A DNA stretch of 55,815 nucleotides, taken from Microgenomates group bacterium GW2011_GWA2_44_7 (GTDB lineage Bacteria > Patescibacteriota > Microgenomatia > GWA2-44-7). Where the stretch lies: assembly GCA_000999595.1 (NCBI GenBank), contig LCJH01000001.1, forward strand, positions 1 to 55,815. Reading direction: 5' to 3'. The notes under the pieces are model-generated. The model was given only the letters and a program-made list of their open reading frames with translations. It was not told the DNA's origin and searched no databases. A program made the position numbers and the translations under genes. Positions 36,695 through 46,572 of this stretch are shown in pieces (the first letter of the stretch is position 1; each line of letters opens with the position of its first letter).

Positions 36695-37573
36695 TTACGA
36701 CCGTGGTACGAATCTAATAATCAGAGTAATAAGCAGATGCCTTAACCAACCAAAGTATAAAATGCTACTTTCAACTATGTAATTATGGGTAGTGTTTTCA
36801 CTTGATAACCCGATTATTTTTTTTATCGGATAGAGTAAGGATTCTTTAAGATATTTAAAGTTGGCGGCTGGTTTGCCGCTGGCTCCATGATGATGGATGA
36901 TGACTGCCTTAGGATTAAAGACAACTAACCATCCTTTTTGCTTTAATCGGCGACATAGATCTAAATCTTCGAAATAGAAAAAGTATTTTTGATCAAAACC
37001 GCCGAGATCTTTTGCCACAACAGAGGGTAACATCATGGCTGCCCCGACGACCGCATCTACACAGACCGGTTCATCCGAGGCCGGAGCATATTTGGCGACT
37101 AGCTCTTTTTTTCCCAGCCAATATGCTTTTATCGTGTTGATCACAGAAGGAAAATGAAAGCAGGAAGGTTGAATCGAATGATCTTTGTTGACCATCTTCG
37201 GGGAAACTAAGCCGACATCGGTGTTTGAGGCGAGGAGTTGGACGAGAGAATTTATGACACCGCCTGTAACAATTGTGTCTGAATTTAGAAATAAAATGTA
37301 TTTGCCGTGGCTGGATTTAAGCCCTTGATTTTGCGCTGTAGCAAAGCCAAGATTACAACGATTTTCAATCAAACGAACCTGGGGAAATTTACTCTTGATC
37401 ATCGTTACAGATGCATCCGAGGAACCATTGTCAACTACAACTACTTCCCACTGGCTTGAGGATTTATCTTTAAAAATAGAGTATAGGCACTCTTTCAGTA
37501 ATTCTTTCGTGTTAAAGCTTGCAATAATGATTGAAACCTCAGGCAAAATTTGATCGACTGAAAACTTGTTCAT
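36695..37573 (-). CDS. GT2 glycosyltransferase, COG1216/WbbL-like
   Basis: 292 aa with VSIIIASFNTKELLKECLYSIFKD, VVVVDNGSSDASVTMI, LFLNSDT and YFEDLDLCRRLKQKGW. Confidence 0.8.
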   Translation of the reverse strand: MNKFSVDQILPEVSIIIASFNTKELLKECLYSIFKDKSSSQWEVVVVDNGSSDASVTMIKSKFPQVRLIENRCNLGFATAQNQGLKSSHGKYILFLNSDTIVTGGVINSLVQLLASNTDVGLVSPKMVNKDHSIQPSCFHFPSVINTIKAYWLGKKELVAKYAPASDEPVCVDAVVGAAMMLPSVVAKDLGGFDQKYFFYFEDLDLCRRLKQKGWLVVFNPKAVIIHHHGASGKPAANFKYLKESLLYPIKKIIGLSSENTTHNYIVESSILYFGWLRHLLITLIIRFVPRS

Positions 37574-38429
37574 CGGTTAGTTTCCCCTCCCTTCGCTCAA
37601 TATTTCTACGAATAATAATGATGTTTAATTTTGTTATCGCAGCAAATATAACAAATAAATAGCCGGGGTGGGTCAAAGCTCGCTTCACCAAGGCATAAAT
37701 ATGTTCCTTGATAAGTTTTCCACTGAGGATATTCATCCAAATTACCAGTAGCCTATTTCGCTCCTTTATTTTAATTAACGATTTTGTGTCTAAGAGCTTG
37801 GCAAAACTTGCACCTCGAACAGAACTGGTTATGACGGCTGAAGGCTCCCAGAGCATCTTCCAACCTCGCCGCCTGGCTCTGAGGCCCAGGTCTACGTCCT
37901 CCCAATACCCGGGGGAATAAATCAGGTCATAACCACCCAACAAATTCCACATCTTTTTTTTGTATATTGTCTCGCCACCGCTACCCCAAAAAGTCGCCTG
38001 TGGCTTGTTTGTCACTTTTGCCGCTGACAGTTCCAACCAGCCGTCTTGCCAAGTAACAATGCCGCCCCCAAGTTCGTTTGTTTCCCTAAGGGTCACGCCA
38101 AATATATTGGGTTTACTAAAATGAACAAGTGTGTTGACTATCGCGTCTTGCTTTGGGATTAGATCATGATTAATAATCGCCACTAAATCACCTTTGGCGA
38201 TCTTTACTCCTGTATTGGCCGTTAACGGAAAACCACCGTTTTTAGGTTGGTTGATAACCCTGACTTTGGGAAAATTTTCTTTAACCCAGTTGGTGCTCCC
38301 ATCAGATGAAGCGTCGTCTACCAGGATCCACTCAAAGACGCCTTTGAGCTTTAAGATTGCCGGCAAACTTTCTTTGAGTGCCTCGAGGCCGTTCCAACAA
38401 GGGATAACTACCGAAACTTGCCAATTCAT
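37539..38429 (-). CDS. GT2 glycosyltransferase, COG1216/WbbL-like
   Basis: 296 aa with VSVVIPCWNGLEALKESLPAILKL, ILVDDASSDGSTNWV and YWEDVDLGLRARRRGWKM. Confidence 0.8.
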   Translation of the reverse strand: MNWQVSVVIPCWNGLEALKESLPAILKLKGVFEWILVDDASSDGSTNWVKENFPKVRVINQPKNGGFPLTANTGVKIAKGDLVAIINHDLIPKQDAIVNTLVHFSKPNIFGVTLRETNELGGGIVTWQDGWLELSAAKVTNKPQATFWGSGGETIYKKKMWNLLGGYDLIYSPGYWEDVDLGLRARRRGWKMLWEPSAVITSSVRGASFAKLLDTKSLIKIKERNRLLVIWMNILSGKLIKEHIYALVKRALTHPGYLFVIFAAITKLNIIIIRRNIERREGKLTDEQVFSRSNFA

Positions 38430-39700
38430 AACTCGCGATTAATATCCAGATTAACAAGACGCCAGAAGAAAATAATACCCAGTCCTGCGAGAGTGCTTCT
38501 GACTAAACTCACTGCCTGTGAGAAAGGAATGAACTTCGCAATAAAAGCGGGTAGAGTGTAGGGAATTTCTCTAACGACCGGAAGGGCGGGTCCCAGAAGG
38601 GCGTAATGCAATGAAGGATCGAAAGATAATACAATCCCTAGATTTGCTACCATAAGCAAAATGATTAACGGTCGAAGTGCCTTTGCTTTTAACCATAAAA
38701 TGGCAAACCAAGGTGTGATCCATAAAAACCACTGTGGGTGATAATGAGTGACGGAAAATAAAAGAAGCAGGATGCCTGTCCAGATGGTGAACCATGACAC
38801 CTTTTTGGCAAATAATCCCAGACCAACAAGGGCCACAAAGCCGATGGCGAAGACAGAAAGAAACTGATCACCTGAAACATTTATTTTTGCAAATAACATT
38901 TTATCTGTCTGGGGAGCGAACAAAGCCATCACGCGATACCCCGGAGAAAAGATGGCAAAAGGAAGAACAATCGTGAGATAGACAATCAGCCCGCTTCCTA
39001 ATATTTTTAACTTTTCAATTATATTTTTCCCGAAATAAAGACTGATTGGGACAAGAAAAAGTAGGGGAAAAATTTTGTAACTGCCACCCAGGCCTAACAT
39101 TATCGAGGCCCACATGTATCTTCTCCTGGTGAGCAGTACACCGGCGGCGACAGTAAATAACGTCGGCCAAATATCCCTTTGGCCCATTGCAAAGGAGGCG
39201 TAAAGAGTTATTGGGTTAAGCATCCATAAAAGGAAAACCTTCCACTTGTCTTTGGTCTGGTTAAAAAAATAGGTCAATAGGAATGCTAGTCCAAGATCAG
39301 CAAACAGGTTCTGGCTTTTGATTAAAATTAAATAAAGCATAAATTCCGGTTTAGAAAATAAGAGACTTTCATTTTGCTCAAAAACAACCAGGTCAATGCT
39401 TTTGTCTATCAATGGCCTTAAGACCAGCCTAAAGACCGAAGGAATAAAATAAGCTAAGGGTGGAGAGTTTAGTTCCTGTGTCCCCAGGTTTTGAAAAACA
39501 CTGATTAGATCATCTTCCTCGGGCGGGCGATAAAATTGGTCGTAAAGATCTAAGAACTTGCCCTTTTCTACGATAAGGTAACTCGCAAGTGCCGTTGCCC
39601 TAACATCGGGGTGATAGGTCAAACCCATGATGGCCACCCTTGTCAGGATGGCAAAGATAACGGCGATGACCAAGGTGTATTTACTTTGAAAAATCCTCAT
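38426..39700 (-). CDS. GT-C-like membrane protein, DUF2029/GT87-Gpi18-like (family D, member 3)
   Basis: 424 aa with LTYHPDVRATALASYL...LNSPPLAYFIPSVF, then about 11 helices. YKIFPLLFL resembles FKLFPLLLI in 25196..26995. Confidence 0.55.
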   Translation of the reverse strand: MRIFQSKYTLVIAVIFAILTRVAIMGLTYHPDVRATALASYLIVEKGKFLDLYDQFYRPPEEDDLISVFQNLGTQELNSPPLAYFIPSVFRLVLRPLIDKSIDLVVFEQNESLLFSKPEFMLYLILIKSQNLFADLGLAFLLTYFFNQTKDKWKVFLLWMLNPITLYASFAMGQRDIWPTLFTVAAGVLLTRRRYMWASIMLGLGGSYKIFPLLFLVPISLYFGKNIIEKLKILGSGLIVYLTIVLPFAIFSPGYRVMALFAPQTDKMLFAKINVSGDQFLSVFAIGFVALVGLGLFAKKVSWFTIWTGILLLLFSVTHYHPQWFLWITPWFAILWLKAKALRPLIILLMVANLGIVLSFDPSLHYALLGPALPVVREIPYTLPAFIAKFIPFSQAVSLVRSTLAGLGIIFFWRLVNLDINREL

Positions 39701-40672
39701 TCACCCTCTTTCTTACATTAATTTTAAACTTCATAAATGAAAATTCCAAAGCTCGCTGGCGAAGACGGGATCCATCGACAAGGTTTAAAGCGGGGGGGCG
39801 CATAATTAGCTCTTTTGTTCTTGCTTTTAATTCCTGAGAAGAATCCCATCCATATTCCAGAAACTTTGCTCCCAGAATCTCTTTAAATCCGCCTTTTCTT
39901 ACTGGCAAAACGAGACAACCTGCCGCCATCGCTTCGACTAATGTAATGCCAAAATGTTCGACCCGTTCCGGATGGGTGTTTTCGTCTTGTCCGTAACCGC
40001 TGGCGGTCCAATAGATGGTACTTTTACCGTAAAGCTCTTTAAGTTGTGAGAAATTCGGGGCGAAAGTGAATTTGATCGGGTAACCTTCGGCCGATTTTTG
40101 TAACTGTGTTAGATCAGTTTGTTTGATACCACCGAGGCCGCCGGCCAACATTAATGTCCAACCTTTAAGGCCATCGTCGACTAATCGACAGGAGGATACA
40201 AGACATCAGTCTGAAGTCCATATTCCTTATCGATAATCTGTTTTGTAAACAGAGAATTTACCACTACCCGCCCGATACCTTTAAACTTAAGAGTGTTAAT
40301 AAGCGATTTTCCCCCAACTCCCACGAAAGGAACTTGAAAATGAAGCCAATTAACCTTAGCGGTCAAAAATGGGACACTGCCGTCACTGACAAAAAATATC
40401 AAGTCATATTTACTCATACTATAAATTTTGCGCACCAGGGCTTTACCTTTAAAAAAGTCGTTTTTGATTTTTATTCCGCTTAGGTCAATTTGAAATCTTT
40501 CTTGGCTTTTGACCAGCACATTTTTATCCGACCAGAGGACATCGACTCCGAAGCCCATTGCCTTGAGGGCAACGGCGACGGATAGCGTGTATCTCTCGCC
40601 ACCGCCTAATGTGTCTAAATAAGGATCATAGATCGCTGCCTGCTTCATTTGTATTATTGTTGAAGTTCCCAA
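39681..40672 (-). pseudogene. Split ALG11-like GT4 (GT-B) glycosyltransferase; two ORFs, and the linker/beta1 segment of the C-domain is apparently missing
   Basis: ORF 40181..40672 is the N-domain: MKQAAIYDPYLDTLGGGERYTLS...VLYPPVD, then a stop. ORF 39681..40151 is the C-domain: LMLAGGLGG...VEHFGITLVEAMAAGCLVLPVRKGGFKEIL. The frames differ and only about 29 nt separate them. The usual segment of about 35-45 aa after PPVD (ILSVGrF..K type) is absent. Confidence 0.6.
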
Positions 40673-41412
40673 AGGCGTAAATAAACGATCATGGTGTGAT
40701 ATGCCTGATAGACAGATTCTATCCAGCCCTCTGTACCATCCCGAAATCCTTGTTTTTTAATTAACCGATCCCAAAGAGTTAAACCGCCCATTTTCAAAAC
40801 GCGCCACCAGACAACCGTTGGATGATTGATTCCCGGAGCCAAAAAAAGTTTTGCTTCATAGTCCGACCAAATAACGCTTTTGGCTAGTGCCTCTTCAAGC
40901 GTCACTGGTTGGTAATGGATGAGGGCTTGGGTTAATTTCCCAAAATGACCGTCAAAAATAGCTTGCTCGTGAAGTTCGCCGATAAATTTAATCAATGCAT
41001 CTTTTTTAAAGAGACGCATTACATAATCATTACCCCAACCACCGAATTTAAGCTCTTTGCCGAGCAAGAAATTTCTCCTGGGAACGGCGTAAGCGGCAAG
41101 TGGATTATTATCTTTAGTGACCCTTAAGAGCTCGTTTCTTAACAGGGGGGTAATACGTTCATCCGCGTCCAGATAAAACAACCACCCGCCGGTGGCAAGA
41201 CTCTTTAGCTTGTTTTTCCTTGACCCATATTTTTCCAAAACTCCTTCTGCACAGAAATATTTTACCCATTGGTGTGTTTTTACTATTTTTTTTGTATCAT
41301 CCGTGGATCCATTATCCAGTACGATAACCTCGTCTGCCCATCTTGCCGATGCCAAACACTCTTCGATCATCGATTCTTCATTCTTGGCCGGGATCAGGAT
41401 GGAGATACTCAT
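40654..41412 (-). CDS. GT2 glycosyltransferase, WaaE/KdtX-like subfamily (paralog 2 of 3)
   Basis: 252 aa with ISILIPAKNEESMIEECLASARWADEVIVLDNGSTDDTKKIV, FYLDADERIT, DYVMRLFKK and LHEQAIF. Confidence 0.7.
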   Translation of the reverse strand: MSISILIPAKNEESMIEECLASARWADEVIVLDNGSTDDTKKIVKTHQWVKYFCAEGVLEKYGSRKNKLKSLATGGWLFYLDADERITPLLRNELLRVTKDNNPLAAYAVPRRNFLLGKELKFGGWGNDYVMRLFKKDALIKFIGELHEQAIFDGHFGKLTQALIHYQPVTLEEALAKSVIWSDYEAKLFLAPGINHPTVVWWRVLKMGGLTLWDRLIKKQGFRDGTEGWIESVYQAYHTMIVYLRLWELQQ

Positions 41413-42329
41413 AGGGGATAACTGCCTTTGCCAAAACGTCCGAGGAAAAAGTCACGAGCACCCAACTTTTGCCAATGTCTTCCGGTTGTTAGGGTCCTGA
41501 CCGCCTCTCTTATTAATGCTATCTTTGCCCGCAATGATGCCCAACGCATGCCAAAGAGCAGTCGATTTCGCACGGTGAAATAGTCCTGTAGTCCGGAGCC
41601 GACTCCGGAAGAACCGGCATTTATATGCCAAAGCTCGGCAGAAGGGATATACCAAACTGTCCCACCCAGCTTCTTGATTCTCATTGAGAGATCATTGTCT
41701 TCATAATATAAATAGAGCTTTTGATCAAAGCCGCCCGTTTTTTTTGCCAGAGAGGCAGGGATAAGCATGCAGCAACCGGTAGCAAAATCGGTTGTTTCTT
41801 CTGAGGCATATTGGCCTATGTCCACCTCATCTACCCCTCGGTGCATTCCGATGACATTGTCCCAGTCAGTAATACCACCGGCATACCAGATCACTTTCCC
41901 GCGCTCATTTTTTTGATACCGATCAAAGTGAAATTCTCGCTGGGGAGCAAAGTATATTTTTGGAGAAAGTAAACTATTGGGATGGCGGCGATGGGCGGCC
42001 ACTAAGTTTTCGACCAGATTCGGATCAAGAATGGTGTCAACATTTAAGACGATGATTACCTCTTTTCCAAGGGAAAGGGCTTTTTCTATGCCCTTGTTGT
42101 TTCCGCCCGCGAGTCCGAGATTGTTATTATTGCGAACAATTAACACTCCGGGGTATAGCTTCCTAGCTAGTTCAACCGATTTATCCTTTGAACCGTTGTC
42201 AGAGAGAATGACGGTAAGATTAATACCGGTTAGTTTTTGGGCTAGGAGCGACTTAAGCAGACCCGGGAGATCTCTTTGGCTATTCCAAATAGGGATTACA
42301 ATACTTACCTTTATTTTCTTCATTTCCAT
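41409..42329 (-). CDS. GT2 glycosyltransferase, COG1216/WbbL-like
   Basis: 306 aa with VSIVIPIWNSQRDLPGLLKSLLAQ, VILSDNGSKDKSVELA, IVLNVDT and YYEDNDLSMRIKKLGG. Confidence 0.8.
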   Translation of the reverse strand: MEMKKIKVSIVIPIWNSQRDLPGLLKSLLAQKLTGINLTVILSDNGSKDKSVELARKLYPGVLIVRNNNNLGLAGGNNKGIEKALSLGKEVIIVLNVDTILDPNLVENLVAAHRRHPNSLLSPKIYFAPQREFHFDRYQKNERGKVIWYAGGITDWDNVIGMHRGVDEVDIGQYASEETTDFATGCCMLIPASLAKKTGGFDQKLYLYYEDNDLSMRIKKLGGTVWYIPSAELWHINAGSSGVGSGLQDYFTVRNRLLFGMRWASLRAKIALIREAVRTLTTGRHWQKLGARDFFLGRFGKGSYPL

Positions 42330-42356
42330 TACTTTCTAATGTTATTCTTCGGTAAT

Positions 42357-43286
42357 TTACGATGAGAGCTTGCGGATCAGTTTTAAACGGAACTTTTCTA
42401 TGGGGTTGTTTTGTGTTTTTATTAAACTGTCGGCCAGCCAATAACTGAACTCTTTATTGGCTGATTTAGCTTCATCTTGAAATTGAGTAAGTGAGATATC
42501 ACGAGGGATAAAACCCTGTCTTTCCCAGACTTTGACTAAGACCAAAACTTCGGCAAAACCCTGAAGAAGTCCTAAGGCCAACCCATGAAGTCCGTCCTTA
42601 TAGCCTTTTCCAAAGAAATAACGACTCAAAAACTCCCCAAATGGCTTGCGGATTAAATCTTCCCATTGAAAGCTGTAGCCATTTTTTAGTAAAGCAGCAC
42701 AGCGAACATCAGCATAACGATTGGCCCACAAGATAAATTTCTCAATTGAGTCATAATGATAATGAATGATGGCAATTTCTTCATTGGCGGTCATTTTTTT
42801 ACCCTCCCCGACCATTTTTGGTTCATGGTGTATTTCACCGGACCATATCGCCGTGCCTTTTTTAAAAAAACGAATTTTGTAATCCGGCCACCATCGTGAT
42901 CCCTGAATCCACTTGCCAAAGACAATATTTTTTCTCGGAATGGCGTAATAGGTAATTTTTCCTTTTTCTGGCTTTTTTGCGATTGCTTTTAAAGTCGCAC
43001 GCAATTTTGGCGAAACTTCCTCATCCGGGTCGAGAACGAGGATCCAGTCCCCTTTTGCTTGCGAGACGCCAAAATTTCTCACAGGCTCGACGTAATTAAT
43101 GTACTTATGGCTAATGACACGTGCTCCGAACTTCTTGGCAACCTCGACACTGTTGTCCCGACTTTCTATGTCAACAATCAGAATTTCGTCCGCAAGCTCC
43201 TTAACTGAGGATAGAACCTGGGGAAGATATTTTTCTTCGTTTCTGGTGGTAATGACAACGGATATTAAGCTCGCCACGTAAGGCAA
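42357..43286 (-). CDS. GT2 glycosyltransferase, WaaE/KdtX-like subfamily (paralog 3 of 3)
   Basis: 309 aa with ISVVITTRNEEKYLPQVLSSVKELADEILIVDIESRDNSVEVAKKFGARVI, LVLDPDEEVS, WPDYKIRFFKKG and IHHEPKM. Has a longer helical C-terminal extension. Confidence 0.7.
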   Translation of the reverse strand: MPYVASLISVVITTRNEEKYLPQVLSSVKELADEILIVDIESRDNSVEVAKKFGARVISHKYINYVEPVRNFGVSQAKGDWILVLDPDEEVSPKLRATLKAIAKKPEKGKITYYAIPRKNIVFGKWIQGSRWWPDYKIRFFKKGTAIWSGEIHHEPKMVGEGKKMTANEEIAIIHYHYDSIEKFILWANRYADVRCAALLKNGYSFQWEDLIRKPFGEFLSRYFFGKGYKDGLHGLALGLLQGFAEVLVLVKVWERQGFIPRDISLTQFQDEAKSANKEFSYWLADSLIKTQNNPIEKFRLKLIRKLSS

Positions 43287-43321
43287 TTTTACATCAGCTT
43301 TAACGTCGGGAGCAAAAGGAG

Positions 43322-45028
43322 TTATAGCCCGTCAACCCGGTAGATACGGATGCCCGCTTGTGAGTATATCGCGGAAAGTCCTAATTCCCTGACCGAGCCC
43401 GGGAGAACTTGGTCCTCACTTAAATAAACATAGAGGATTCGATTATCCCTTAAAAACCGCATTGCCATGAATGTGTCCCCTGCGGTAAAGAATTTCATCG
43501 CCTGCTCATGGCGTTGTTTCCAGGGGACACCGAGGATATCCAAATTAACGCTGTCAGCCAAGTATGACGGTTTGCCAGAATACGCGGATACGTATGCGGT
43601 GGAGGTGTATTTTCGAAGCGGAATCGGTGGCTCAGGCAGCTGGGTAAGAGCCGGCTTTTCGTAAGGATAGGTAAGCACGGTACCGGGCGGTTCCCGCTTT
43701 AAGAAATTTAAGGCGCTTAACTCATTAAACGGTAGCGTGGCGGGTGGTCTGTTTGGGAGATAGTTATAGTACAAGGACGAAAAACTTGTGGGTAGGGTAA
43801 ATAGGATAATTGAAAGTAACAGTAGCTTTTTATAAAAAGGCTTACTTATTTTTAGTCTGGCTATTTCTATGCCCGCCGTCCAGCCGACAAAAATTTGGCC
43901 ATAGTAAAAGAACTGGATTGTGTTCCAGGTTGTCCCCTTTTGAACAAAGACCAGCGGAAAGATCAAAGCGATTAAAGACATGCCAATTAACGCCAGATCA
44001 AAATATCTTTCCCTCCAGTTTCCCTTCAGCAAATTTAATAGATAAATAAGCCCCAAAATCCTCGTACCTATATTTCCCAATATAAATACGGTGGTAATAA
44101 GAATGGAAAGAATAATCACTCTGCTATATAGCCCTAAGAAAAGATAGGCATTAAATGCTTCGGCCAGCTTGGGGATAAATAGTCTGTCTGGCGCCTCAAT
44201 CATCGTCCGAGGAAACCATAGAGGCTCCAGCACCAGTAACCCGCTTGATTGGGGGGCTGTCCAAAGGAATAAAAGAACTGTAATTATAATGGCTCCTCCG
44301 GCTCGCCAAAGGCCCACTAATTGTTTCTTAATAAGCACCTGCCAAAATGCAATAATCGTCAAGCCTGCAAGCCCTATTACCCCGGCATAACTTTTAACAA
44401 AGAATAATAAACCGAAGATTATTATCTGTAAAACTAACAATGGAAACTTAGGATTTAAACCTTTTATCACCAAATAAAATCCACCAATTAAAAAAACAAG
44501 TGAAAGTGCAAATGGTGGGTTGATAAGCGTGGAAATTGATTGTTGTGACCAGAAAAGAGATTCGCCTCCCAGCTGGCCGGATCGTAAGTATGTGATAAAC
44601 CACCCAAAGCTTCCTCCAAAAAAAGTAAAAAACGTGGCCCAGTTGGCTGCCTTTTTTGAACCGGTCCACTCCTTGATCAGTAGGAAAGTTAAGACTCCAA
44701 TGGCGATTGCCATCAAAGGAGGGAGAATCTGAAAGTATAGAACGCCGGCTGAAAGGCCGGTCCACTTCGAAGCTAAGGCGATTATGAGGTCAAAACCCCA
44801 GTGATAGTTCGAAATTGGTGTCGGAGAGAATAGGGGGTTCACGACAGGAAAGCCTTGCTTTATTGATTCAATTAGAGACAGATGCCAGATGGCATCATGG
44901 CCATTTGCCCCCCAAAAGCCCAAACCCCACTTGGTCGGTAGACCGCTTTTAATCATGGTCAGAGACCACGAGAGCGAACCTATGAAAAGCAGTAGGGGGG
45001 TCTCCCAGTTAAGCCTTCTTTGCCTCAT
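43322..45028 (-). CDS. Polytopic membrane protein of unassigned family (GT-C-like or Wzy/ligase-like), translationally coupled to the flippase gene
   Basis: 568 aa with at least 12 helices. The first loop has WGANGHDAIWHLSLIESIKQGFPVVNPLF...NYHWGFDL. The C-terminus is a soluble domain of about 130 aa. Overlaps the upstream Wzx-like gene by 20 nt. Confidence 0.4.
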   Translation of the reverse strand: MRQRRLNWETPLLLFIGSLSWSLTMIKSGLPTKWGLGFWGANGHDAIWHLSLIESIKQGFPVVNPLFSPTPISNYHWGFDLIIALASKWTGLSAGVLYFQILPPLMAIAIGVLTFLLIKEWTGSKKAANWATFFTFFGGSFGWFITYLRSGQLGGESLFWSQQSISTLINPPFALSLVFLIGGFYLVIKGLNPKFPLLVLQIIIFGLLFFVKSYAGVIGLAGLTIIAFWQVLIKKQLVGLWRAGGAIIITVLLFLWTAPQSSGLLVLEPLWFPRTMIEAPDRLFIPKLAEAFNAYLFLGLYSRVIILSILITTVFILGNIGTRILGLIYLLNLLKGNWRERYFDLALIGMSLIALIFPLVFVQKGTTWNTIQFFYYGQIFVGWTAGIEIARLKISKPFYKKLLLLSIILFTLPTSFSSLYYNYLPNRPPATLPFNELSALNFLKREPPGTVLTYPYEKPALTQLPEPPIPLRKYTSTAYVSAYSGKPSYLADSVNLDILGVPWKQRHEQAMKFFTAGDTFMAMRFLRDNRILYVYLSEDQVLPGSVRELGLSAIYSQAGIRIYRVDGL

Positions 45029-46517
45029 GTTTGCGGATTAATAATAGGAGCGTTTTCGCCTCAGTGACTACCATTCCTTCGGTCAGCACGTAAATAGAGA
45101 GCAAATACACGGCCGTCCCTGCTAGCCCTATGGTAAACAGAGAAATCCACGATACCGGCAGAATGAATCTCCCAAGCACTAAAACAATACCGAGAAAAGC
45201 GCTAGACACAAGAACTTTGAAGACACCTGCCAAGGAAAATGGAACTTCTCTTCGGACCAAGATAATGGGGATAAACGAGGTGCAGCCGACAATTGCAGTT
45301 CCGATAGCCATGCCGGTGTAACCAAACTTGAGAGCTAACGATGGAATTAGCAACCAAGTTAATGCCGTCCAGAAAAGCATTAAATAGGTGTTCCACTTTA
45401 TTTTGCCGATACTATTTAAGACATTGGTCAAATGGGTGGAAATCGCCGCCCACATTGCATTGATAATATAAAAGTCTAAAGCGGCTAGGGCCGGGCTCCA
45501 GTGCAGATAGACCGGGATTAACATTAAAACCCAAGGGGCGAGAATCGCCATCGTTATCACCACCGGAAACACAAGGGCTGTTATAAAGAATAATGACTTT
45601 GAAACTGTTCGTCCCAATTCCGCTCTATCGTCCTGCAGTCGAGAATAAGCCGGAAATGTAACGGTATTAACAGGATCCATAAATGCCCGCAAAACCTGAT
45701 TAGCATTCCTTTCTGCCCAACCGGCAAAACCAATGGCCCCGGGGCCAATTATCCCGCCTAAAAATACGATTGTTAATCGATCTTTGATCAGGGCGATTAG
45801 AGAATTTACTTGATACGGTACTCCAAACCTAAAAAGGCTTTTAAGATTACTAAATTTAAAAGATAGGCCGACTTGCCAAGGTGAAATTAAATACAACGCA
45901 GTTACACCTACAAAAGCTCTGCCCAAAACTGCGACCGTGTAGCTATTTAGTCCAAAACCCTGATAGGCAAGAAGAACTAAGAGAAAGTTAAACACTGCTG
46001 TTTCCAGCAAGGCAACCAAGACAATCTTCTGAAATTCCAGTTTACGTTCCAGCATCACACTGGGAATACTTTTAAATGATACCAGCCAAAAACTAAACGC
46101 CAAAGCGTAGAGGAGGGTCATTTGGGTCGGTTGAAGGTGATTCCACTGTCTGACAAATGGGCTTAGCAGAAATATTGCCACCACAGAGGTCGTTACTAAC
46201 AACTGTTGCAGGGTAAAGGAGCTACGAAATTCCTGCAAGGTGGGGGTGGTCTTTTTTTGGACAAGGGCAGCGGCAAGGCCGACATCGGAGAAATATGTAA
46301 AAATATCAATCACCGCAGAGACGAGGATATATGTTCCAATTTCGTTCTCACGGAACTTGGCCGACAGCAATGCAAAGCCGGCAACCGTAATTAGAGTGCT
46401 TAGTTGATTGCGTATAATTAAGGTAACCACACCCCGTACTGTCCGCCTCTTTACAGTCGCCAGATCCAATTCATGCCTTTCGGCAGCTTCGGGATCATCA
46501 AGCTTTAGATTGATCAT
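45009..46517 (-). CDS. Wzx-like oligosaccharide/polysaccharide flippase (MOP superfamily)
   Basis: 502 aa with about 14 helices. N-terminus RTVRGVVTLIIRNQLSTLITVAGFALLSAKFRENEIGTYILVSAVIDIFTYFSDVGLAAALVQKK, typical of RfbX/Wzx (Polysacc_synt) proteins. Confidence 0.75.
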   Translation of the reverse strand: MINLKLDDPEAAERHELDLATVKRRTVRGVVTLIIRNQLSTLITVAGFALLSAKFRENEIGTYILVSAVIDIFTYFSDVGLAAALVQKKTTPTLQEFRSSFTLQQLLVTTSVVAIFLLSPFVRQWNHLQPTQMTLLYALAFSFWLVSFKSIPSVMLERKLEFQKIVLVALLETAVFNFLLVLLAYQGFGLNSYTVAVLGRAFVGVTALYLISPWQVGLSFKFSNLKSLFRFGVPYQVNSLIALIKDRLTIVFLGGIIGPGAIGFAGWAERNANQVLRAFMDPVNTVTFPAYSRLQDDRAELGRTVSKSLFFITALVFPVVITMAILAPWVLMLIPVYLHWSPALAALDFYIINAMWAAISTHLTNVLNSIGKIKWNTYLMLFWTALTWLLIPSLALKFGYTGMAIGTAIVGCTSFIPIILVRREVPFSLAGVFKVLVSSAFLGIVLVLGRFILPVSWISLFTIGLAGTAVYLLSIYVLTEGMVVTEAKTLLLLIRKHEAKKA

Positions 46518-46572
46518 GACTTTGATATTATTGTATCTCCGAATGGCTAATCTCCGGGAATTCGGCGAAGGA

